From positions 6,076,001 to 6,140,000 of the forward strand of contig JBHGNT010000002.1 of assembly GCA_043228905.1 (NCBI GenBank): DNA of 64,000 bases. Reading direction: 5' to 3'. Below, one piece after another: positions 26,031-38,300 of this stretch. How positions within the stretch are numbered: position 1 is the stretch's first letter; each line of letters opens with the position of its first letter. Below the pieces are notes generated by a model. The model was not told the origin of the DNA, did no database searches, and saw only the letters and a program-made list of their open reading frames with translations. This DNA is from Azolla caroliniana (Eukaryota > Plantae > Polypodiophyta). The translations under genes and the position numbers were made by a program.

Positions 26031-26419
26031 TGTTGAGAGACAAGCTCAACATCGACCGGATCGGCTGAAGAAGCCGAGGACCGGATCGGTTGGGACCGAT
26101 CGGTTAGGTCGAGTGCATAAACCGGGAGGCCATTAGGAAAGATATTCCGCGAGGAATATATTTGGGAGTTAGTTTAGGAGCTCTTGATGAGCATTGAAGT
26201 ACTGTCAGTACTTCGGTCAGTCCTTCTAGGGCTTGTATAAAAGTGTTCACTGAGCACGTCTTATGTACAGACAGAGTATTATTGTTGAATATAGTTTTTT
26301 TGTGTTTTTCTCTCTCTGTCTCTCCCGAGTACACTGCGTAAGCTCAAGCTCTCCATTGAACCTGAGTTTCCTTCCTTCTGTTCGGTCTTCATACTTGCTT
26401 CCGCACATTACTTTCTACA
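26031..26419 (+). repeat. 3' LTR, family B
   Basis: Follows the PPT and matches the 5' LTR. Confidence 0.95.
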
Positions 26420-26749
26420 ATTCTTCTCTCATTCTTACTCCTTGTATTCTTATATGTATCCCCTCTACGGGATGAATTGACAAGATCCGAAATGGAGTAA
26501 CCTCCAAGATTCGAAAACAATGTAACTTCCAAGATCCGAAACGGCACAACTGTTCTAATATCTAATTCAATACTAGAACTTACAATATTATTTAATAAAT
26601 AATGCTAGGAATGATCATACCATTGACACATGACACACTCGTGAGCATGGATATGAAGTCCATTCGAACTCACAGAATCACAAAAATGATTCTATGATTC
26701 AAGCTACCAAAACATTTGATTCGACATGATCATTAATGTAATGAACATT

Positions 26750-27640
26750 TTCCTCGAGGTTTCTTCCTTGGAACTTGAGAGTAGGTTTGGTGGTATCTTT
26801 TTTAGTACGGCTTCAATCAGTAGTTGTTAACTCGTTTTTGGACCACTTCAGCTCAGATTGTGTCGAGCTCTAAGGTTGCATTGTCAATGACTCATACAAT
26901 CCAATATGGTCTTGCCCATTGCAATTTGAGTTTTCATGTTTTAATTCCATTATTGTTTGGAAATCTAATATTGCCTTGCCCACTTTAGTTTGCTGTCACG
27001 CTTTCATCGATGCCTCTGAGCTGGTACCTCCAAAATAGCTTTTACCTTATTTGGATATGCCACAATGCCCTCTTCACTGATGATATGGCCAAGTAATGCA
27101 CCACTAGTTACTCGGAGCACGCATTTTCCGAGATTAAGACTTTAGTGGACTGTCTGACACTTCTCCAACATAGCCGAAGATGATCCAAGTAGTCAATTGG
27201 GCTTAGCCATGTTGGTTGCTTGACTGGCCAAATAAAGTCGACTCCCAACAATTTGTCAATCTCCTCTTTTACTTTCGCAACGTAATTTGGGTTCATCCGG
27301 TACCATCTTTGCTATAATGGATTCGCATCCTTACTCAAGTGGATCCGATCCTAATAAAATTTTGGCTTGAGCCCCTTCATGTCTTCGTACGACCAAGCAA
27401 AGACATCCTTCTACGCTGTCAACAATTCGATCATCATCGTTGTCTCTTCTAGCTTCATTTCCTTCACAATCTACAGGTCCGGTCGAGATGCTATGACGGC
27501 TTTCGGATACGGCTCCTGTAATTCTTTGTCCATCTCTGTCTTTGAACAATGAAACTATCTTAAGATTGTCTTCGAGGTACTGGTCCACCTCGTTGGCTAG
27601 CCCTTCCATTATATTAATTCCTTGAATGTTGTTGTGAAGA
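26750..27640 (-). pseudogene. Highly deleted Ty3/gypsy pol remnants
   Basis: MNPNYVAKVKEEIDKLL..FIWPVKQPTWLSPI (RT N-terminus) plus a remnant integrase C-terminus (KLKLQWARPY-like). Confidence 0.6.
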
Positions 27641-28338
27641 TTTTCGGCGATAGTGTTAAACTTGTAAGGAACATACGAAATTGAGTGTGGTTCTTCTCAC
27701 GAAATATAAAACAATAATAGTAAAGATACTATTTTAAATAAGTTTAATATCTCGGTATAAAAAGATGGAGGTCTAGAAAAGCTTCTGAATGTACTTTACT
27801 ACGTAGGAAACGGACATCTAAGTGTCAAGTTATGCGGGTATAAAGTTTGCAAAGAAGAAGAGAAAAATATGTGATATCCCACATAGACAGAACAAATAAG
27901 GATCCCACCATATATAATGCAGAGCAAAAGCTATTATCTTTATGTCTATGTGTGGAGCATAGAAAGGTTAAGTTGTATGACTTAACAAATGGATGTAGCC
28001 AAATGCATATAACCATACGTTTTGGACGAATCCGCCGATGGTAACTGGCAACGGCGACCAATGGTAATAATCGACGACGGTAACCGACGAAGCCGGTGAG
28101 ACGACGACCGGATCTTCACATAGTGATAGATCTTCACAACAACATAAAGTGGGGTTTTGTTGCCACGTGATCCTACGTTGGAATTTAAACATTTGTCTTC
28201 CCTTACTTGAAGCTAATTACATTTTTTTGCCAATTCTATTTTATGCGCGCCATGTGCAACCACTGTTGGCATAATCGTAGTGGGTAAGCTCCCAACGCAT
28301 CCAATTGTAGAACCACCACCGAAATTTGGAATGGGTAT

Positions 28339-28512
28339 TATTGAGAGACAACCTTAACATGAGCGGAATGGTTAAAGACTAGCAGACCGGATTGGTTGAA
28401 GATGCCAACAGTCGAGTCAACTAAGGAGGATCGGCTGGAGAAGCCGAATGCCAATCGGTTGAAGAAGTTGACTAGCCGATGGAGCCATTCGGGCCAAACC
28501 TAGTATTAGGAA
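28339..28512 (+). mobile_element. Degenerate 5' part of a family B LTR
   Basis: TATTGAGAGACAACCTTAACATGAGC resembles TGTTGAGTGACAAGCTCAACATGAGC at 12860. Confidence 0.55.
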
Positions 28513-28540
28513 GTGCAAGAAGAGAGAGCACGTAATAGTG

Positions 28541-28582
<42 letters not shown>

Positions 28583-29150
28583 TGGTTGCCTCTGTTGTAA
28601 CCGCCGCCTGTGGCAAAGATCGTGAGCACGAGGTCGTTGCCTCCGTGAGCTCATTGTTGTAATCATTGTGATATAGTGATAGTTTGGAGTCTGTGGACTC
28701 CCGTGGTTTTTCCCTCTCAGGGTTTTCCACATTAAACATCATGTGTACTCTTCTCTCCGTTGTGTTGTGCATTCATTCCACGTTTTTTTTTTCTGTGTTT
28801 TGATTCTAGGCTCGGTTGTGGCCGAGCGTTGTTCATCGGGAGAGTGTGTTCCTGTCAAAGTGGTATCAGAGCGAAACGACACAGAAAATGGACGATTCGT
28901 TGGGAGGCATGTTCAAGCTCACCGGCTCCAACTATTCAGTGTGGAAGTCAAACATGAGGGACATGCTTGTGGTTAAAGATATTTGGTTGCCAGTTCAGTT
29001 CGGGGACAAGAGACCAGACAAAATCGACGCCACGATATGGGAGGTGATGCACATAAAAACAACGGCGTATATACGTTGTTTCATCGACATGAGTCTATAC
29101 AACAACTTCAATGAAGAGAGCAAGGCTCATGAGCTCTAGGAGAAGATCGG

Positions 29151-29456
29151 TGTTGGGAGACGGGTCCCACCGAATGGGAAACCGGATGAGGAGTACCCGG
29201 CTACGGAGAGCCGGATGGTGCAGACCCGGTAAGAACCGGATGATGAGTGCCCGGCAAGATCCAGATGATGCAGGCCCGGTGAGGAGCGCTCTTCGGATGA
29301 AGAGAGATATTTGTAAATATGTTTCTGAGAGTCCATCGTGGATATATTTGTAAATAGCCGAAAAGTCATATTAGTATAAATATGACTTAGGGCAAACTTT
29401 TACTATAGTTGTTGTCATTTTCTTGTTGGTGGAAGGAGATAGAGCGCGTAATTGTG

Positions 29457-29517
<61 letters not shown>

Positions 29518-32500
29518 GTCGTTGCCTCTGTTGTAACCGTCGCCTGTGGCGAGGATCGTGAGCACGAGGTCGTTGCCTCCGTGAACTCGCTGTTGTACAT
29601 TCTAGCATAGTGATAGTTTGCAGCTTGTGGCCTGCCGTGGTTTTTTCCCTCTTTCGGCTTTCCACGTAAACATCTTGTGCACTCGTCTCTTCTTTGTGTC
29701 GTGCGTTGCATTTCCCGTTTTCTGTGTATGATTCTAAGCTCGGTTGTGGCCGAGTGTTGCACATAAGGAACGTTGTAGTTCCCAACAAGTGGTATCAGAG
29801 CGAAACGACACAGAAAATAGACGAATCGTTTGGTGGCATGTTCAAGATCACCGGCTCCAACTATTCGGTATGGAAGCCGAAGATGAGGGACATGCTCGTG
29901 GTTAAAGATCTTTGGTTGCCGGTTCAGTTTGGGGACAAGAAACCGGACAAAATCGATGCCACGGTATGGGAGGTGATGCACATGAAGACAACGGCTTACA
30001 TACGGTGCTTCATCGACATGAGCCTATACAACAACTTCAATGAAGAGAGCAAGGCTCATGAGCTCTGGGAGAAGATCGGCATAATGTTTCAAAACAAAAA
30101 TGTTGTCAATCAGGTTTCGGTGTTCCGGAAGCTAGTAACACTTCGGTACCAAGATGGCTCCAGCATGGCAGAGCACATGAATTCCTTCCAGGGGCTGATC
30201 CACCAGGCAACTTCATTGGAAGTACCTCTCGCCGATGAGGTACTTGCGCTAGTCCTACTCGGTTCCCTCCCGGATAGCTGGGAGACGTTGGTTGTCACTT
30301 TGGGCAACGCCGGGCCGGAAGGAAAGCGGTTATCCCTAGCAAGAGTAAAGTCAAGATTGCTAGATGAGGAGGCGCGTCGGAAAGACAAAGATACGAGCTC
30401 CGACTCTAAAGCGCTCCTTACCGAATCGGAACGCAGAAGACATAGAAACTGTAGTCCCCAGAACTGGGAGAAGTCGGGGACACGGTCAAAGTCAAGGGGA
30501 AGGCCTACTTGCTTCTATTGTGGCAAGCCGGGACACTTCCAAAAGAACTGTCGGCATTTCCGAAAAGACAAGGAAACCGACTGTACCGATACGAAGCGGA
30601 TACCGGACCGGAACGGTAAAGACCGAAGGGGGCCGGACCGGAAGGGGACAACGGCAATCGCAGCAAGTGAAGAAGAGTTGATGCTCATCACCGACGAGAG
30701 TGAGATAAACCTTACCGGCGACGAGATGACCTGGGTAGTCAACTCCGGAGCGTCGTTCCACCTTACCCCGGACCAGAAATGCTTCTCATCCTACTCAGGT
30801 GGTGATCACGACTGGGTTCGGATGGGGAATGAAGGCACATGCCGAATTGTCGGCATAGGAGATGTGTGGCTGACAACACCAACCGGATGCAAGTTTAAGC
30901 TGAAGGATGTCTGATACGTTCCGGAGGTTCGTCTGAACCTGGTATCAGCCAGTCGGCTAGATGATGAAGGCTACACGGGTAGCATCCGGAATGGTGTCAT
31001 GAAGATCAGCAAAGGGAGCCTGATTGTGGCTCGGGCCCGGAAGCTCAACACACTGTACCTGATAAATGCCCGGTTATGTCTGGAAGAAGTGAACGTTGCA
31101 TCCGACACTGCCGGTGAGTTGTGGCACAAGAGGTTGTGTCATATGAGCGACAAGGGGATGAAGAAGCTTGCAGACGACAACCTCATTCCAGTGAAGAACG
31201 TGCACTTGGAGAAGTGCACTGATTGTCTGGCCGGTAAGCAAAAACGGACCTCCTTCCAACCAAGGCCACCGATGAGACTTAATGCACCACTCGAGTTGGT
31301 GCATACGGATGTGTGTCAAGTAGACACGAAGTCACATGCCGGAGCGCAGTACTTCGTGACGTTCATAGATGACCACAGCCGGAAGCTGTGCACCACACCG
31401 TTGAAGACGAAGGATCAGGTGCTATCCGTCTTCAAAGAGCTCCACGCGAGAGTGGAATCAGAAACCGGCCGGAAGCTAAAGGCAGTTCGAGCAAATAACG
31501 GAGGAGAATACTGGGGGCAGTTTGAGGAGTACTGTCACTCGAAGGGAATCCAGCTCGAATTTACCGTGCCGAAGACGCCGAAACTAAACAGGCTGGCCGA
31601 GAGGATGAACCAGACCATAATGGAGAAGGTCCGGAGTATGCTAGCACATGCAAAACTACCCAAGAAGTTTTGGGCTGAGGCACTATCGACAATGACATAC
31701 GTGATAAACAGATCACCCTGAGTACCCTTGGATGGAGACACGCCACAGAGAGTGTGAACCGGTAAGGAAGTGTCCTACCGGCATCTGAAGGTATTCGGGT
31801 GTCTCGCGTACGTGCATGTAGCTAAGGACCGGAGAGGAAAGTTAGATCCAAAGACCCGGCCATGCATATTCCTCGGTTACGGCGACGATGAGTTCGGCTA
31901 CCGAGTGTGAGACCCGGTCGACAAGAAGGTATTCCGGAGTCGAGATATTATCTTCATGGAGGATAAGACGCTCGCCGACTAGGAGTCGAAGAAGAAGATA
32001 ATGAACTCCGAGTTGACCGGTAAGGATCAATTCTACGATGAGCAGACCCAACCGGCAAGAGACCGGTCAGCACTAGAGGAAGCAGCCAGTTACGGTGAGG
32101 ATACCGGACCGGAAGAAGAAGAAGTAGAGGAGGCTGAAACCGGAACAGGCCGAGACCCCAAAACAGATCCGGATGATGAGCAAATGGAGGAGCCGGTTAC
32201 CGAAGCCCGAAGACGGAGATATCCTCTTAAAGAGAGAAGGGCCCCCCGGAGATTTCCGGATGCAGAGCATGTTCTGATGACTGATGAGGGGGAGCCGGAA
32301 AGCTTCAAAGAAGCGATGGATGACACCCACAACCGAAAATGGGTAAGTGCCATGTAGGACGAGATGGATTCCCTACATGAGAACCATACGTACAAATTGG
32401 TGGAGTTGCCGAAAGGAAAGCGGGCACTCCGAAACAAGTGGGTGTACAAGTTGAAACCGGGAGATGCCGGCAACCCCCCGAGATACAAAGCCAGGATCGT

Positions 32501-34235
32501 GGTGAAGGGGTTCTAGCAGAAGAAGGGCGTGGACTTCGAAGAGATATTTGCCCCGGTAGTAAAGATGACCTCCATCCGGACGGTGTTGAGTATAGCAGCA
32601 AGCATGGACTTCGAGGTAGAACATTTGGACGTGAAGACGGCATTCCTTTATGGCGACCTCGAAGAGGAGATCTACATGCAGCAACCGGAAGGATTCGTGG
32701 AGAAAGGGAAGGAGCACCTGGTATGCCGGTCGAAGAAGAGCCTGTACGGACTGAAGCAGGTTCCCCGACAATGGTACCAGAAGTTCGACTCCTTCATAAC
32801 CGATCAAGGATACCACAAGACGCAGGCCGATCATTGCGTGTTTGTGAAGAAGTTCGAAGGAGGCTACTTCCTGATACTCCTCCTGTACGTGGACGACATG
32901 TTGATCGTCGGACGGGACCAAGTCAAAATACGGATGTTGAAGAAGGCTCTCGACCGGACCTTCTCAATGAAAGACTTGGGTCCGGCAAGACAGAGTCTTG
33001 GGATGCAAATTATCTGGAACCGGTCAGCAAAGCAATTATGTCTGCCACAGGAGAAGTACGTGACAAAGGTGCTTCACCGGTTCAACATGTCAGATGCGAA
33101 ACCGGTCAGATCAACACTTCCGGCAAACTATAGGCTATCCGGTAAGCAAAGCCCGAAGACGAAAGTAGAGAAGGCGGATATGATGAAGATTCCATATGCC
33201 TCTGCCATCGGGAGCTTGATGTACGCAATGGTGTGTACCCGACAGGATATAGGATACGCATTCAGAGTGGTGAGCCGGTTTATGAGCAGTCCCGGCAAGG
33301 AGCATTGGAATGCGGTCAAATGGATACTCCGGTATTTGAAGGGCACTTCAAATATGTGTCTCCGATTCGGCTCCGGAAAACCTCAACTTGACGGTTTCAC
33401 CGATTCGGACATGTCGGCTGATGTGGATACCAACCGGTCTACATCCGGGTATGTAATGGAATATCCAAGGGGAGCTGTTTCGTGGCAGTCAAGGCTATAG
33501 AAGACGGTTGCATTGTCAACCACAGATGCGGAGTACATGGTGGCTGTGGAAGTTGGCAAGGAAATCTTATGGATGAAGGACTTCATCGGAGACCTCGGTA
33601 TCCGGCAAGATGAATACCGGCTCTATTGCGACAGTCAAAGTGCCATCCACCTTGCTAAGAATGTGGCCTACCATTCCCGGACAAAGCATATCCAGCGAAG
33701 ATATCACTGTATCCGGGAAAGAGTAGATGACCAAGAGTTCGCACTGACGAAGATCCACACGGCCGAGAACGAGTCAGATATGCTGACCAAAGTGCTGATA
33801 CCCAACAAGTTGGACGCATGCCGGAAGACGATCGGTCTTTTAAGACACTCCATGCTGGAGTGAAGGTGGAGTTTGTTGGGAGACAAGTCCCTCCGGATGG
33901 GAAACCGGACAAGGAGTACTCGGCTACGGAGAGCCGGATGGTGCAGACCCGGTGAGAACCGGATGAGGAGTACCCGGCTACGGAGAGCCGGAGGGTGCAG
34001 ACCCGGTGAGAATCGGATGATGAGTGCCTGGCAAGATCCAGATGATGCAGGCCCGGTGAGGAGCGCTCTCCGGATGAAGAGACATATTTGTAAATATGTT
34101 TCTGAGAGTCCATCGTGGCTATATTTGTAAATAGCCGAAAAATCATATTAGTATAAATATGACTTAGGGCAAACTTTTACTATAGTTGTTGTCATTTTCT
34201 TGTTGGTGGAAGGAGATAGAGCGCGTAATTGTGTA

Positions 34236-34274
<39 letters not shown>

Positions 34275-34542
34275 CGTTGTCTCTGTTGTAACCGCCGCCT
34301 GTGGCGAGGATCGTGAGCACGAGGTCGTTGCCTCCGTGAACTCACTGTTGTACATTCTAGCATAGTGATAGTTTGCAGCCTGTGGCCTGCCGTGGTTTTT
34401 TCCCTCTTTGGGCTTTCCGCGTAAACATCTTGTGCACTCGTCTCTTCTTTGTGTCGTGCATTTCATTTCCCGTTTTCTATGTATGATTCTAAGCTCGGTT
34501 GTGGCCGAGTGTTGCCCATAAGGAACGTTGTAGTTCCCAACA
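29151..34542 (+). mobile_element. Full-length family T copia inserted in the gag of another family T copy
   Basis: TSD ATCGG; LTRs 29151-29787 and 33874-34542 with 8-bp terminal inverted repeats TGTTGGGA/TCCCAACA; PBS 29790-29801; gag-PR-IN-RT-RH with scattered stops. Confidence 0.95.
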
Positions 34543-35333
34543 ATCGGCATTATGTTTCAAAACAAAAATGCTGTGAATCAAGTTTTAGTATTCGAGAAGC
34601 TAGTAAGACACCGGTACCAAGATGGCTCCAGCATGGCGGACCACATGAATGCCTTCCAGGGGCTGATCCACCAGGCAACATCATTGGAAGTACCTCTTGC
34701 CGATGAGGTACTAGCACTACTCCTGCTCGGTTCCCTCCCCGATAGCTGGGAAACGTTGGTTGTCACCTTGGGCAACACCGGGCCGGAAGGGAAACGGTTA
34801 TCCCTAACAAGAGTGAAGTCGAGCTTGCTAGATGAGGAGGCGCGTCGGAAAGATAAGGATACGAGCTTCGACTCCAAAGCGCTCCTTACGAAATCGGAAC
34901 ACGGAAGACAAAGAAACCGTAGTCCCTAGAACCGGGATAACTCGGGGACCCGATCAAAGTAAAGGGGGAGGCCTACCTTCTTCTATTGCGGCAAGCCGGG
35001 ACACTTCCAAAAGAACTGTCGGCATTTCCGAAAAGACAAGGAAACCGACGGTACCGATTCGATGCGGACACCGGACCGAAACGGTAAAGACCGGAGGGGG
35101 CCGGACCGGAAGGGAACGACGGTAATCGCGGCAAGTGAAGAAGAGTTGATGCTCATCACCGAGGAGAGTGAGCTAAACCTTGCCGACGACGAGATGACCT
35201 AGGTGGTCGACTCCAGAGCATCATTCCACCTTACCCCGGACCGGAAATACTTCTCATCCTACTTAGCCGGTGATCACAGCTGTGTCCGGATGGGGAATGA
35301 AGGTACATGCCGAATTGTCGGCATAGGAGACGT

Positions 35334-38300
35334 TTTCGTGAAGGATTTGGTTCACGATATAAAAATAAATTTAAAGATTGAATTCATTAATATTTCAAAA
35401 ACTTGAACCTACAACATTATAAGCCAAGCACAATGTATATACCACTAGGTTAGGCTATTTGTTTTTAGAAATGTTGTCAAGAATGAGCTTCACTATATAA
35501 GAATAAACTTAAATATTGTATTAAGTAAAATTGAGGGACTTGAACCCTCAACCTTGTATATCAAGCACAAAGCATACACCACTAAGCTAGGTTATTTGTT
35601 TTAGGGTTATATCCATCATTATACTTATCCCAATACATGGGAGCCCAAATGAACATGATGGCTATAATGCATCACATGCAATGCATGTGCGCCAAATGGC
35701 GATCATGCATCAGATGTAACTCATGCATTACATGCATGCCATTACCATATGCATGGAAATACTTATAAAAAGAGGGGATAGGAAAACAAAAGGGAATCAA
35801 TCAAGAGAGAGTGAGAAAATAATACAATAAAGTAAAGAAGACTAGCTCATTGCGTGGAAAACGTCTCGTTTTGAAGTTGAGGTCGTGGGTTCAAATCAAG
35901 GGTCGATAGAGAATGTGTTCAGTTTGCGATCAAGGATTGTAAAGTTGGTAAAATATTATACTTTTAATATACATTGAATGTTTATATCATATACTCTTGT
36001 TCCTTGAATCATACTTTGTCTCAATCTTCTTTCTTGAATCAGACATTGTCTCTATCTTTTATCTATGCTCGTCTCTCTCTCACACACACACACATTACTC
36101 GTAACTCTTCTTCTTACTATTCTTAACCTTTCTAACATCACCATACAAGTCTTATTAAAATTTAAATTCGTTCAACTCCCCTTAACCTTAGTCCCTATGA
36201 CTTCGCCGCACGAACCACAACTACCCTAACACATTTGGTGAACCCGACGTGAAGGCGGCGACATGGAGAAATGGAGGAGCAAATGAGGCTTATGTGTACG
36301 ATGGTGGAACGAATGATGTGAGAGCAAGGGATGATGGCAAGCATCGACAAAGTTGTCCACAATATTCTTGCTCGAGTAGGAATCTTCGAAGGTATAAATT
36401 TAACAAAATTTTTGAAGATTTACAATGAAGAAATGCTTAAACGTGTTGTCGACGAAGCTACAAAACTTAATAGCTTTAGTCGAGTTGTTGCGATTGGGCT
36501 ACAAGAGAGGATCCAAGAGCTCCAAAGGGAGAATCAGACATGGGTGACTTTCGAAAGAGCATTGCTAAATGAATACAACCTCAACGATATGTCAAGGATG
36601 ACAAGGCGAGCCTTCATGGATTGGGTGGAGTCTAATAAACATTTAAGTGTTTTGGAAGTATTAAAAGAGTTTTCTGAAAGATTTGAGCAACTAAATGTTA
36701 GAGATAGAAATATAATAGTGCCAGATAAAGTCATATTGTTTCTACAAGCTACTAATATTAAAGATAGGAAGGACTTGGGAATGCTTTTAGAAGATCAGAA
36801 TAGTCCAAGTGGAGTTACCGAAGACTAGGAGGAGGTGAAAAGGGCGTGTGCCCATTTCTGCAAAAGAAAGTTATGGTTTATGGAGTTGCCCGACAGAAAT
36901 GATGAAGAAACAAGGAACGAGTCGGGAGAAAAGAAAGTAGAAGAATCACTCTTACACGAATTGGTGAAAGGTATGAAAGACTTGTCAATCAAAGTGACGA
37001 AGCTAGAATCGGGACAAAGCTCGACTTCATCAAGGCAGGGAGGTGGAATGGTCCGAAGGTTTATGTGGTGTGATAGTATCGACCACTAGAAGAAAGATTG
37101 TCAACAGCATAGGGATGCTCTTAATCATAATAAAATCTACTATCAAGAGGGCAAGATTCACTCGACAGAGACTCGACAACCACTTCAACTCAACTTCGGA
37201 TGAGGAGGAATGAAAAAGCTAATGGAAGATGCCGAGAGAGAAACGACTCAAGCGATACAATCCGTGGCAACCTTAGGGTTGCGTGTAGAAGACTCATATG
37301 GTGGATCTGGCTTTTGGCAAGATGTGATGGATTATGCAAGAAAAGGAAAGGTTCGAATGGATGAATTAAAAAGAGCAGGAGATGAAATACGAAACTTCAC
37401 TGGATGGAATGATCCAGTAGACGTGTTATCAGCATTCGCCCAAGTGAATGCACAAGATGTGTTAGTGGAAGAGAAGCGGAAGAGAGCTGAGGAAGCTGAT
37501 CCGACAAAGAGACATGAGACACGAGAACAAAAGAGAAGGGAGATGGAAAAGGGTGCTACTGAGCCGAAGGAAGCTGATAAAGTAAAAGGAAAGACAAGCC
37601 AATCTTTCAAGCTTGCCTCAAACATAGAAACAACGACGGATATAAAAAAGGTACTAGAAACAAGAATATTAAATAGTAAGGTAGAATTTACTTTAAGAGA
37701 AGTGTTGGGTATAGCAAAGAAAGAATTTCATGAAGTTATCATAGATATTATTAGAAGGAAGAGACAGGTGATGGAGGAAATTACGGGAGGGTGTGCAACA
37801 ACACTCCAAGATTTGTATGGTGGCACCATCAATGGTAAAAACCAGAATGATGTTGGCGTTCATGAAGGGGACAAGAGTCATTATACAAGGAACCATTGTG
37901 CTCAAGCAACAACGGAGGTGCCTACAAAAATTGGGGAGCAACAGATTCCTTGTATTGCTAAGATAGATCATGGATCGAAAATCAACATGATGTCGTCAAA
38001 ATGTTATGCTGAAGGAAAGTGGCCAATCAATAAGAACCATGGGTGGAAGATAAGAGTAGCAACAAAGACAATGGAGGATCTATTCGGAGCATGTCCTAAT
38101 GTTAAAGCAACAATGGGAGATGTGTTGGTGGATCAAAATTACTATGTGCAAGATAGATCAACCTACCCCGTCATCCTTGGTCAACCATACATCAACGTAG
38201 TGAGTATGGAAACAATGGATGGTGAACCATACATCAACATAGTAAGGATGGAAACAACTGTGATTAATGATGATTCGACCTTCGTGAGGATCAAGAGTCA

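Larger units (their letters stand above)
15680..26419 (+). mobile_element. Full-length Ty1/copia family B element carrying two nested insertions
   Basis: 389-bp LTRs 15680-16068 and 26031-26419 (about 12 differences by eye); TSD ATTCT on both sides; PBS TGGTATCAGAGC 16069-16080; order gag (CWYCGKKGH..SEC), PR (WYVDSGAS), IN (HSDVWG..LRSD), RT (YVDD), RH; PPT 26020-26030. Confidence 0.96.

Noticed and set aside
25414-26052. 212-aa antisense ORF or env-like gene between pol and the 3' LTR
   Set aside because: No transmembrane or env features; not conserved at comparable length in the other B copies
29371-29981. ORFs containing SLSLSL or ERERER runs (also at 28417, 34148 and 43611)
   Set aside because: Translations of (GA)n microsatellites within LTRs
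35531-35597. Possible tRNA gene
   Set aside because: No paired acceptor stem and duplicated as part of the LTRs; reported as a tRNA-like module instead
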